64,000 bases of DNA from a bacterium (GTDB lineage: Archaea > Thermoplasmatota > E2 > JACPAO01 > JAHFTW01): NCBI GenBank assembly GCA_040390065.1, contig JAZJZE010000011.1, forward strand, positions 162,367 through 226,366, read 5' to 3'. The notes under the pieces were generated by a model, which saw only the letters and a list, made by a program, of their open reading frames with translations, made no database searches and was not told where the DNA came from. Below, piece by piece: positions 9,953-18,387 of this stretch (positions are counted from its first letter, which is position 1; every line of letters starts with the position of its first letter). A program made the translations under genes and the position numbers.

Positions 9953-10866
9953 TAAGCCTTCTTGGCGCCGCTTTCGTCGATGGCCCGCATGACGGTGACA
10001 GTCTCCTTCTTGAGTTCCGCCTTGAGCGTGTCGTACGTCGGCACGTCCATCTCGTTGGCTTGACGCGCGAGTTCGAGTTCCTTGAGGGCGGCCATGAGTG
10101 CCCGCTTGCGGCCTTCGAGCACGGTGACGGGTTCGGCCTGCGCGGCCTCGACGTGGGCGGCGGTCGTCGCCACCTGCTTGCGGGACTTGCGCTGCACGGC
10201 GCCGCGCTTGACCAGGAAGGCCCAGACGACCGCGCCTACGATGACGCCGGCAGCTGCATAGAGCCACGGATTCGTTCCGGATGCGCCGCTGGCAGCAACG
10301 GGTGAGCCCGGTGCGTTGAGGACGAAGGACGTCGCATGCGGGATGCCCTCGAACGCGTGGATCGTGTATTCGGGGTGGTCGGCGCCGGGCAGGACCTGCG
10401 TCTCCGCCTGGGCGCCTGCAACCATCTGGCCTTGCCGGAGGTAGATGGTGGCGCTAGCCGTATCGCTGCCGGGGGTCTGGAGTCGGACGACCACGGGGTC
10501 CGCCGGGCCCGCCGAAATCCCCGTCGTGATGGCGATGACGTAGGAGCCGGCGGGCACGCTGGAGGGGGAGGTGACCTGGCCCGCCTGCCACGTGACGTTG
10601 CCGCACGTGCACGCCGCGTTCTCGAAGGCGAACCCCGGACTCACCGCGAACAGCTGCGCGACGGACCCGCCGGCGGGAACCGTGATGCGGCGGTACTCCA
10701 CGGCGTGCCACTGCCCGGCGCTCTCTGTCGCGGGACTGAGCGGCACGTCGCCGTACGCCACGCGCAGGTGCGAGGTTCCGCTGAACCCGAACTCCGTCAT
10801 CTGGGCTGCCCCGGCCGGGGCGACAAGGATGGCAACGATGGCCAGCGCGGCCCACGTCATCTTCAT
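9952..10866 (-). CDS. Exported membrane protein with CcmI/CycH-like C-terminal helical region
   Basis: Signal peptide, TM near C-terminus, RKRALMAALKELE...YDTLKAEL; last gene of the ccm operon. Confidence 0.55.
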   Translation of the reverse strand: MKMTWAALAIVAILVAPAGAAQMTEFGFSGTSHLRVAYGDVPLSPATESAGQWHAVEYRRITVPAGGSVAQLFAVSPGFAFENAACTCGNVTWQAGQVTSPSSVPAGSYVIAITTGISAGPADPVVVRLQTPGSDTASATIYLRQGQMVAGAQAETQVLPGADHPEYTIHAFEGIPHATSFVLNAPGSPVAASGASGTNPWLYAAAGVIVGAVVWAFLVKRGAVQRKSRKQVATTAAHVEAAQAEPVTVLEGRKRALMAALKELELARQANEMDVPTYDTLKAELKKETVTVMRAIDESGAKKA

Positions 10867-10906
10867 GTTCGGTCGCGACGCGCAGGCCCTACAAAACGGC
10901 CGCGCC

Positions 10907-11587
10907 TTAGGCGGTCACGTTGTACTTCGCCTGCGCCTCGGGGGGCAGGAACTTGCTGCTGCACCCCGCGGTGTAGTCCTGCACGACCCAGATGAGCGCG
11001 CCGTCGGGTACCGGCGTTCCATCCGGCAAGCTGGCCATCAAGTGGCCCTTGAACTGGCTTGGCTTGGGCTGCAGCGGGTGCTCCGTCGCCTTGCCGTAGA
11101 TGGCCCAAATGCGGGCGGGGTGGCCCTGCTCGGCGGAGAAGCCGTCAATCGGGAAGGCCTGACCGGCCAGTCCAGAGACCCACGTCGCCGCGACGACCGG
11201 CACAACGGGCTGCAAGTCCGTCGGGTGGCGGCGCGTCTCGTTGCGAAACGACCAGTGCAGCGCCCCGTCGGCGCCGGCGGAGGCGGTGAGCGTGTGCAAA
11301 CTGAAGACCAGTTGGCCGTCGAGGAACCACGTCGTGGTCGTGCGCGTCTCGTTGCGCCATTCCGGGTTCTCCTGCAGAACGACGCCTTGCGCCACCGTGA
11401 CTGGGACTTGCTCCGGCTGCGGTACGCCGACGAGCGTGAAGCTGCCCCGCATGTGGCCTGCCGGGTTGCCGACGACCTCGTCGACTTGCCGCACGTCGGC
11501 CGGCGCCTGCGTCGAGGCGAACCAGACCGTCCCCGCGCCGAGAGCTAGGATGGCGGCGCCGATCATGAGGCGGCTGGAGTGGTTCAT
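10907..11587 (-). CDS. ccmE: Cys-type heme chaperone, CcmE-like
   Basis: N-terminal TM anchor, C-terminal AGCSSKF (CxxxY-type variant), position after ccmABCD. Confidence 0.7.
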   Translation of the reverse strand: MNHSSRLMIGAAILALGAGTVWFASTQAPADVRQVDEVVGNPAGHMRGSFTLVGVPQPEQVPVTVAQGVVLQENPEWRNETRTTTTWFLDGQLVFSLHTLTASAGADGALHWSFRNETRRHPTDLQPVVPVVAATWVSGLAGQAFPIDGFSAEQGHPARIWAIYGKATEHPLQPKPSQFKGHLMASLPDGTPVPDGALIWVVQDYTAGCSSKFLPPEAQAKYNVTA

Positions 11588-11760
11588 GCCTTGCGCCCGG
11601 GGTCTGCGCCGCCCGTCTTGGCGTTTGCGGCATCGGCTTCGAGGGTGCGCAGACGTTCCTCGATGCGGTGGCCCCTCCGTTCCAAGTGCCAAAGGTACGC
11701 CGCAATGGCGAGGGCGATGGCGCCGAAGGCGGCGAAGAACGTGGTTGCGTCACTGGGCAT
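11584..11760 (-). CDS. ccmD: CcmD-like small membrane protein
   Basis: 58 aa, single TM (AAFGAIALAIAAYLW) then charged helix; overlaps ccmC and ccmE. Confidence 0.65.
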   Translation of the reverse strand: MPSDATTFFAAFGAIALAIAAYLWHLERRGHRIEERLRTLEADAANAKTGGADPGRKA

Positions 11761-12544
11761 GGGGGGTCTCCAAGGTCTCCTCGAGTTCGTCGACGCGGTC
11801 CTCGAGGCGCGCGAGCCGAAGCCGTGCAAGGAACAGGTGCACGAACAGGAGTGTGAAGGCGATGAAGCTGAGCAGCAGCAGGCCCGATTCGTACGGCGAA
11901 ATCGTCGCGGCGTGCAACCCCTTCGCCGCAGGGCCGCCGATGACGGGGTGCAAGTCGGTCGGCAGGGCCTGGCCCACGAGGTAGCTGGCCGGGACGCCGA
12001 GGAAGCCGAGGATGCCGAACACGGCGGCGAGCCGGGCGCGGCGCTGTGGGCCGTCCACGAGCCGGCGCAGCAAGAGGTAGGCGGCGAAGGTGAGCCACAA
12101 CACGACGACGACCAATACCTTAGGGTCCGAGTAGACGGTGGCGAGGCCGCTTCGGCCTTCCTTGTACCATTCCTGGATGCCCCAGAGCGTGCCGGTCGCG
12201 AGGGCGATCGTGTTCATGAGGAAGCCCGCCTCGGCGGCGGCGCGGGCCGTCGTGTCGTCGCGCAGGCGGCGCTCGTTCAGATACGCAATGGACAAGCCGA
12301 AAGTGACCAGGTAGCCGACGAAGGACGCCCAGGCGCTGGCCGGGTGGTAGAACAGCAGGAGGCGGGTCATCGGCGCCGTCACGTCCGTCGCGCCAGTCCA
12401 GTCCGGTGCCGGCCCCCACGGTGTCGGCAGCCACGTGGCGTACGCCAAGGCGAGAAAGGCGATGGCGCTCGCCCAGATGGTCGCCCGGCGCGTTGCATCC
12501 ACGGCCGCCTGCTTCACAGGGGCCCTCCAGGCGAGGCGCGGCAA
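11750..12544 (-). CDS. ccmC: Cytochrome c biogenesis protein CcmC
   Basis: YHPASAW, AAAEAG, TGTLWG...DPK, LHP; start uncertain. Confidence 0.85.
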   Translation of the reverse strand: MPRLAWRAPVKQAAVDATRRATIWASAIAFLALAYATWLPTPWGPAPDWTGATDVTAPMTRLLLFYHPASAWASFVGYLVTFGLSIAYLNERRLRDDTTARAAAEAGFLMNTIALATGTLWGIQEWYKEGRSGLATVYSDPKVLVVVVLWLTFAAYLLLRRLVDGPQRRARLAAVFGILGFLGVPASYLVGQALPTDLHPVIGGPAAKGLHAATISPYESGLLLLSFIAFTLLFVHLFLARLRLARLEDRVDELEETLETPHAQ

Positions 12545-12585
12545 AGCCGTTGTGGCGGCGTGGCGAAAACGTACCGTGCAGCCAT

Positions 12586-13242
12586 CTAGTCGCCTTCCAG
12601 GACGATGGGCCAGAGGAACCAGGCAAAGCCGATGGCGAGCACGTCATAGCCGGCCATGAGAAGGACGGAATTGGACCAGAGGGACCATGGATCGCCGCGC
12701 AGGGCGGCGGTCGTCGCGGCCAAGCCGGATTGCAAGAGCGGCACGCTCACCGGCACGACAAGGATGGGCAGCAGGATGTCGCGGGCCCGGGCTTGCGCGG
12801 CGAGTCCGGCGGCGAGGGTGGCGACGACTGCGAGCCCGACGCACGCCAGTCCCAGAATCATCGATACGGCTGCGATGGCCGGTAGGGCGAACAGGAAAGT
12901 TCCAACCGCCAGCGCGAACCCGGCGAGCACGGCCAGAACTGCGAGGTGCAAGATCGTGCGTGACCACCCGTGCGAGGACAACGCCGCCGGGGAGGCGCGC
13001 AGGAGGTCAAGCGTGCCACGGTCGGCCTCGGCGGCAAAGCCGCGGCCCGCGACGGCAGCGGCACCGTACAGGATGGGGATCCACAGGACCGCGGCGGCGG
13101 TGCGCGGCTGGTCGGACAGGTCCGGAAAGGATAGCACGTCGAGGACGAAGAACAGCAGCACGAGGACGAGCCCGGCCTGCAACGTCTCTTTGCTGCGCAA
13201 CTCGCGGCGTGCGTCCTTCCACAGCAGGGCAGCCAGGCTCAA
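12586..13242 (-). CDS. ccmB: Heme exporter permease CcmB
   Basis: WKDARRELRS, EADRGTLDLL, ARDILLPILVVP; TTG start overlapping ccmA stop. Confidence 0.85.
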   Translation of the reverse strand: MSLAALLWKDARRELRSKETLQAGLVLVLLFFVLDVLSFPDLSDQPRTAAAVLWIPILYGAAAVAGRGFAAEADRGTLDLLRASPAALSSHGWSRTILHLAVLAVLAGFALAVGTFLFALPAIAAVSMILGLACVGLAVVATLAAGLAAQARARDILLPILVVPVSVPLLQSGLAATTAALRGDPWSLWSNSVLLMAGYDVLAIGFAWFLWPIVLEGD

Positions 13243-13865
13243 CGCAGCCGTCCTCCTTCGAGCCGCAGCGCCCTGTCCGCAAGCCGCTGGGCGTCGCTCT
13301 CGTCGTGGACGACCAGGAGGACCGCGCCGCCCCGCCCCGCCAGTCGCGCCTCGGCCCAGCGGCGACCGGCGTCGTCGAGTCCGGCGAAGGGCTCGTCCAG
13401 GAGCGTGACCTCGCATGCCGGCAGCAGGGCCATGGCGATTGCGAGGCGCTGCCGTTGTCCACGGCTGAGGAGGCCCGTGGGCTTGTGGGCGGATGGCGCG
13501 AGTCCCGCATCCACGGTCGCGGCCTCGATGGCGTCGCCAGGGAGGCCAAGGCCGTGCAGGCGCGCCCACCACGACAGGTGCTCGTGCGGCGTCAGTTCGG
13601 CATAGGCCGGCGCGTCCTGGAGGAGGATGGCCGTCTTGCGGCGGGCCGCTTCCGGTTCCTTGCGGGCGTCGACGCCGCCGACTTCAATGGAGCCCACGTC
13701 AGGACGGGCGATGGTGGCGCAGACGCGCAGCAGCGTTGACTTTCCCGAGCCGTTTGCGCCAAGGATGGCGACCGTCTCCCCGGCGGCCACGTCGAGGTCG
13801 AGGTCGCGCAGGATGGTGTGCCTGCCGTATGCCTTGCGGATGCCGGCAAGCCGCAGGGCTGGCAC
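13239..13865 (-). CDS. ccmA: ABC ATPase CcmA
   Basis: GANGSGKST, LSRGQRQR, LLDEPF; adjacent to ccmB. Confidence 0.85.
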   Translation of the reverse strand: MPALRLAGIRKAYGRHTILRDLDLDVAAGETVAILGANGSGKSTLLRVCATIARPDVGSIEVGGVDARKEPEAARRKTAILLQDAPAYAELTPHEHLSWWARLHGLGLPGDAIEAATVDAGLAPSAHKPTGLLSRGQRQRLAIAMALLPACEVTLLDEPFAGLDDAGRRWAEARLAGRGGAVLLVVHDESDAQRLADRALRLEGGRLR

Positions 13866-13869
13866 GAGG

Positions 13870-14625
13870 TCACGCCTCGAACTGCCGGCGGATCAGGGCG
13901 TTCTCGGCAGTCTGGAGTCGCTTGTGAACCGCCGCTTTGGAGACGCCGAAGGCCGTCGCGAGGTCCTCCAACGTGACGGCCCGGGGGTCGCTGTAGTAAC
14001 CCATGGCGATGGCCATCTTCAGCACCTCGATCTGGCGGGGCGTCAGCAGCCGTCCCTTCTGGCGCAGGCGCAGTTCCGGTTGGTACTCGCCGACGTGCAG
14101 GAGCTTGAAGTCGTCCGCCGGCACGACGCGGCGCATGTGCACGGTGAATTCGTTGAAGGCCGCCAGGCCCGCGGGATTGGGTGAGAGGACGCTGATGACG
14201 ATGTAGCCGCCTTCGACGATGACGGGGTGGAAGATGGTCTCGGGGCCGAGCATGCGCAGGGTCAGCTGGATCGGGTCGTGCCTCTGGTAGTACGTGAGCA
14301 CGGTCGTGCTGATCTCGACGGAGGCGTAGTCGGGTGACTCGGAAAGGAGGTCGAACGAACCGTATTTCTTGGCGAACTGGCCGGTGAGGAAGCGCGTGCG
14401 CGTCTGCTTGTCCGCCAGGATGGTCACGATGGCGCGTTCGACGGGCGCCTGGGCGCCGGGGCGCAGGAGGTTGAGGACGATGCGTGCCTCGGGGTGTTCC
14501 GCCGTGAATTGGCACAGCAGGTTGTCGTCGCTGCGGATCTTGAAGACGTACTCCTGCAGCGGCACATAGGGCGCGACGAGGAGGCGGGCTAAAAAGGTGG
14601 ACCTGCCGAGGCTTGCCGTTGCCAT
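13870..14625 (-). CDS. Bat/HTH_10 family transcriptional regulator
   Basis: C-terminal LTPRQIEVLKMAIAMGYY-DPR-VTLEDLA...VHKRLQTAE. Confidence 0.85.
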   Translation of the reverse strand: MATASLGRSTFLARLLVAPYVPLQEYVFKIRSDDNLLCQFTAEHPEARIVLNLLRPGAQAPVERAIVTILADKQTRTRFLTGQFAKKYGSFDLLSESPDYASVEISTTVLTYYQRHDPIQLTLRMLGPETIFHPVIVEGGYIVISVLSPNPAGLAAFNEFTVHMRRVVPADDFKLLHVGEYQPELRLRQKGRLLTPRQIEVLKMAIAMGYYSDPRAVTLEDLATAFGVSKAAVHKRLQTAENALIRRQFEA

Positions 14626-14729
14626 GTCAACCCATCGGCGTCCCTTCGGGCTGCCGGCCGGGTGCCGCGGTTGACTGCTCCACGCCGCCGACCCGCACAC
14701 GTTTAGTAGCCGGCCGAGTCGCGCCGCTT

Positions 14730-15686
14730 GTGAAGGGAGCCGTTCTTCTCGTGGTCCTGCTGGCGGCATCGGTGCTGGCGGGTTGCTCGACGCCCAAGTC
14801 CGATGCGGACTGTTCGCCCGGCACGACGCCGTGCGCGACGGATGGGTGTCCGACGCCGCCGTGTGGCGCCGAGCGGCCCGGCGACATGGTCGTCTCGGGG
14901 CTCGTGCAGTCCGATGCCCTGGTACCGCTCGGGGGAGCCAACGTCACGATCCCCGAACTCGGCCTGAAGCTGGCCACCGACGGCAATGGCCGCTTCACCT
15001 TCCCCGGCGTGCAGCCAAGCATCTACACGGTTGCCGCCGAGCACGCGGGCTTCGCGCGCACGAGCATGGTGGCGCGCCCCGAGGTCACGTCCCTCATCTT
15101 CATCCTGCCGCGCGCCGCGCCGACGCAGCCGTACAACGTCACGCTGCCGCCATTCCACGGCTTCCTCGAGTGCGCCTCCGAGGAGCTCATCATCTCGGGC
15201 CCCTGCGACATCGTCGTGCAGGAGTACGGGCACACGACCGTGTTCCAGAACCAGTCGGCCTTCCAGTTCCGGACCGACTTGGCGTGGAAGACGATTGTCG
15301 TCGACCTGGTGTTCGACAAGACCAACAACCCAGGCATCGCCGGCATGCGCGAGGTCCTGCGTCTGCAGAACTCGACGGCGACCTTGGGCACGTACGAGCA
15401 GTACGGCCGCTTCCACGGCGCGCAATCCTTCTCCACACGCATCGAGGCCGGCCAAACCTACGAGGGAGGCATCGCTCCGGTGCCGCACAACGTCACGGAC
15501 TTCCGTGTCGACTTCTACGCCGAGGGCAACGGCTATCACAAGGTCTGCTACCCGATCGACCTGCCGGGACACCCCGCAGACTGCCTGCTCGGTGTCGGCG
15601 GCGCCGTCGACTTGCGCTTCGACGCCTACGTCACCATCTTCTACGTCGACCCCGCGCCAGCTGGTTTCACGCTTCTCGGGAAGTGA
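14730..15686 (+). CDS. Lipoprotein with carboxypeptidase-regulatory-like domain
   Basis: Lipobox LAGC; GANVTI...TDGNGRFTF...YTV. Confidence 0.75.
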   Translation: MKGAVLLVVLLAASVLAGCSTPKSDADCSPGTTPCATDGCPTPPCGAERPGDMVVSGLVQSDALVPLGGANVTIPELGLKLATDGNGRFTFPGVQPSIYTVAAEHAGFARTSMVARPEVTSLIFILPRAAPTQPYNVTLPPFHGFLECASEELIISGPCDIVVQEYGHTTVFQNQSAFQFRTDLAWKTIVVDLVFDKTNNPGIAGMREVLRLQNSTATLGTYEQYGRFHGAQSFSTRIEAGQTYEGGIAPVPHNVTDFRVDFYAEGNGYHKVCYPIDLPGHPADCLLGVGGAVDLRFDAYVTIFYVDPAPAGFTLLGK

Positions 15687-15689
15687 AGC

Positions 15690-16106
15690 GTGACGAACGT
15701 CCCGGCCTTCTCCATCTTCAGTGCCACCAGCGAACTCGCCGTCACTGCCGCGGTGCTGTACGTCCTGTGGCGCGCCTACTACCGCAACGACCTGCGCGTG
15801 GCGCTCCTAGCCACGACGCTCGCCTTCGAGCTGGCGGTCAACATCGCCTACATGAGTTACCGGCTCGCCGTGCCCAGCCAATCGACGGCTCCCGACTGGC
15901 TGAAGGCGTTCCAAGGCGCCCACGGCGTCTTGTCGCTCGTCATGTTCATCGGCCTCATCATCCTTGCCGGCATGGCGTACTCCCTCAACAAGGACAAACG
16001 CAACTTCTTCCGCGAATCGCCCGGACTGACGCTGACGTTCACCGTGCTGTGGATGGTCTCGGTCGTCTCGGGCGAGACCATCTTCGTCGTCACGTACTTG
16101 GTCTAG
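15690..16106 (+). CDS. Four-TM membrane protein, DUF420-like
   Basis: Four TMs with conserved-looking HG and LWxxSxxSG. Confidence 0.55.
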   Translation: MTNVPAFSIFSATSELAVTAAVLYVLWRAYYRNDLRVALLATTLAFELAVNIAYMSYRLAVPSQSTAPDWLKAFQGAHGVLSLVMFIGLIILAGMAYSLNKDKRNFFRESPGLTLTFTVLWMVSVVSGETIFVVTYLV

Positions 16107-16164
16107 TGGAATCGACGCTCGACGGGCACCTGTGGCGACGTCAGCCTGCGATCTCGGCGAGTCA

Positions 16165-16280
16165 CACGAGGTGGCTGCCCGGCTGGGTGTGGGAGGCCTG
16201 AGAGAACGGGAATCGAATGGAGAGAAGGGGAATGAGTTCGTGTTCTCCGGTCGTCTCCGGTTCTCCCAGGCCGCCGTTGC
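16165..16280 (-). repeat. Dispersed hairpin repeat, copy 2
   Basis: Reverse complement aligns with 4361-4477. Confidence 0.85.
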
Positions 16281-16474
16281 ATGAAGAACAACGAAGTCGC
16301 CGAATCCTGGAAAGGCCGCTTTCCGTTTTTCCCGTGGCTTCCTGGTCTTTCAGGCCCCCCGGCGGCCCCTTCGCGTTCTTCGATTCCTCATGCAGGTGGC
16401 CGCCGTCGGAGGATGGGGAATCGGGCGCAGGCCTCTGACAGCAGGTTGCCTGGCCGGCAAGCCCCATCGGGGTC

Positions 16475-17821
16475 TCAGTGCACGCCGCCGACTGGGTGGT
16501 GCACGCCCGTCCCTTTTGCGACCTTGCCCACGACCTTGACGTCGTACTTCACGAGGCCCTTGAGGTGCGCGATTGCCTTTTTGGCCGCCGAGGCGGGCAC
16601 GATGACGACGAACCCCATGCCCATGTTGAAGGTCTTGTACATCTCGGCGTCGGAGACCTTGCCGAGTTGCTGGATGCGGCGGAAGATGGGCTGCACCGGC
16701 AACGGCTCCGTGACGTCATAGCGCACGTCCTGCTTGATGCGGCGGATCTTGCGCAGCCCCGAGCCCGTGATGTGGGAGAGGCCGTGCACCGGAATGCCGC
16801 TGCGCAGAAGGGAGAGGACTTCGCGGACGTAGATGCGCGTGGGTTCCAGGAGGACGTCGCCGATGCGCTTGCCCGCGTACGCCTTGTCCTCGGGCCAAGG
16901 CCAGGCGTCCGTGTACTTGTGGCCGCCCGATTCGAAGGCGCGACGCCCCAGAGAATAGCCGTTCGAGTGGATGCCCGTCGAAGCAAGACCGATCATGACG
17001 TCGCCGACCTCGATTCGGGACCCGTCGATGATGGCCGACTTCTTGACGTGCGCAAGGCACGTGCCGGCGAGGTCGAAGCCCTTCACGATGCCGGGCAGGC
17101 TCGCGGTCTCGCCGCCGATGAGGCTGCAGTTGCTCTGCCGCGCCCCTTCGTTGAGTCCGACGCCGATCTGTCGCGTCAGTTCGGGGTCCGGGTCCTGCAC
17201 GGCGAGGTAGTCGACGAAGGCCAAGGGTTCCGCTCCGACGCACAACGCGTCGTTGACGTTCATGGCCATGCAGTCGATGCCGACCGTGTCCCACTTGCGC
17301 ATGGCGTTGGCGATCTCGACCTTGCTGCCGACGCCGTCCGTGCACAGCACGAGCGCGTCCTCGGCGCCGAAGTCCACGAGGCCGGCGAAGTGACCGATCT
17401 TTCCCATCGGGGCGCCAAAGCCGACGCGCTGGAAATTCACCATGCCGGCCAACGCTTCGATCGCCTTGTCCTCGCGCTGGATGTCGACGCCGGAGGCGGC
17501 ATACGTCATGCCGGCGGCCGGCTGCGGCGCGACGGGGCGTTCGGCCGGCCGACCGGTCGCGGCGTCGAGCGGCAACGTGCCGGTGCCCTTGTCCATCTGG
17601 ACCACGAAGCCAGGAAGTTCCGCCTTGAGCTCACCGGGCCGATGGACGACGGGCCGGCGCACCTTGACCAGCGGCGGCGCGGGGCTGGCGCGGCGCGGCT
17701 TGGGTTTGGCCGAGCGGCGAGCCTTCGCTTTCGCGGCCCGGGGTTTGGCGGCCGGCCGCTTGGCCTTGGTCGGCTTGCGGGCGGCTTTCCTGCGGGCCTT
17801 GCCGGGCACGTCTTGCGCCAC
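16475..17821 (-). CDS. purM: Phosphoribosylformylglycinamidine cyclo-ligase (AIR synthetase) with basic N-terminal extension
   Basis: YAASGVD, TDGVGSK, GGETA, GIHSNGYSL, HITG, TFNMGMG; core start would be 17509. Confidence 0.95.
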   Translation of the reverse strand: MAQDVPGKARRKAARKPTKAKRPAAKPRAAKAKARRSAKPKPRRASPAPPLVKVRRPVVHRPGELKAELPGFVVQMDKGTGTLPLDAATGRPAERPVAPQPAAGMTYAASGVDIQREDKAIEALAGMVNFQRVGFGAPMGKIGHFAGLVDFGAEDALVLCTDGVGSKVEIANAMRKWDTVGIDCMAMNVNDALCVGAEPLAFVDYLAVQDPDPELTRQIGVGLNEGARQSNCSLIGGETASLPGIVKGFDLAGTCLAHVKKSAIIDGSRIEVGDVMIGLASTGIHSNGYSLGRRAFESGGHKYTDAWPWPEDKAYAGKRIGDVLLEPTRIYVREVLSLLRSGIPVHGLSHITGSGLRKIRRIKQDVRYDVTEPLPVQPIFRRIQQLGKVSDAEMYKTFNMGMGFVVIVPASAAKKAIAHLKGLVKYDVKVVGKVAKGTGVHHPVGGVH

Positions 17822-17859
17822 CGGGACTGGCTACAAAGGGTCCGCGGTCGCGTGCGGGG

Positions 17860-18363
17860 CTACGTCCACTTGGCTTCTTCGGCGTCGCGCGCATCGTCCA
17901 GAGCGCGGCGGCGGCTACGGCTCTCCCAGATGGTGATGGTCACGAGGAGCATGATCTCCAGGGCGCTGATGACCGCGCTGGCCCCGACGATGGTCCAGAA
18001 GCGCGCCCCCTGGAAGGGATTGCAGGCGTAGTCGTTGCCCAAGGCGTCGGTGCACGTCGTCGCCACGTTCTGGCGGTCGTACGCCAACAGGCCGTTCGTG
18101 ACGGCGAAGATGGCGAGCCCGAAGAGGGCCACGATGCGGCTGTCCGGGTGGTCCTTGGCCATGAGGACGAAGGCGACCAGGAAGAAGACGCCCGCCGCCA
18201 GAGTCGCGCCGGGCCAGAAGGCGTCGCGGTGGAATTCCGCCGTCGGGGGGCCGTTCGGGCCTGGATAGATGAACAAGAGGGCCGCCCACGCGACGGTCGC
18301 GACGGCAAGGCAAAGCTGGGCGACGGCCCACGCGCCTGTGGGTTTGCCGGCGCCGTCTGCCAT
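17860..18363 (-). CDS. Four-TM hypothetical membrane protein
   Basis: Hydrophobic helices; fills the gap between co-oriented genes. Confidence 0.65.
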   Translation of the reverse strand: MADGAGKPTGAWAVAQLCLAVATVAWAALLFIYPGPNGPPTAEFHRDAFWPGATLAAGVFFLVAFVLMAKDHPDSRIVALFGLAIFAVTNGLLAYDRQNVATTCTDALGNDYACNPFQGARFWTIVGASAVISALEIMLLVTITIWESRSRRRALDDARDAEEAKWT

Positions 18364-18387
18364 GAGCGGTCCAAAACCGGGGCGGGT

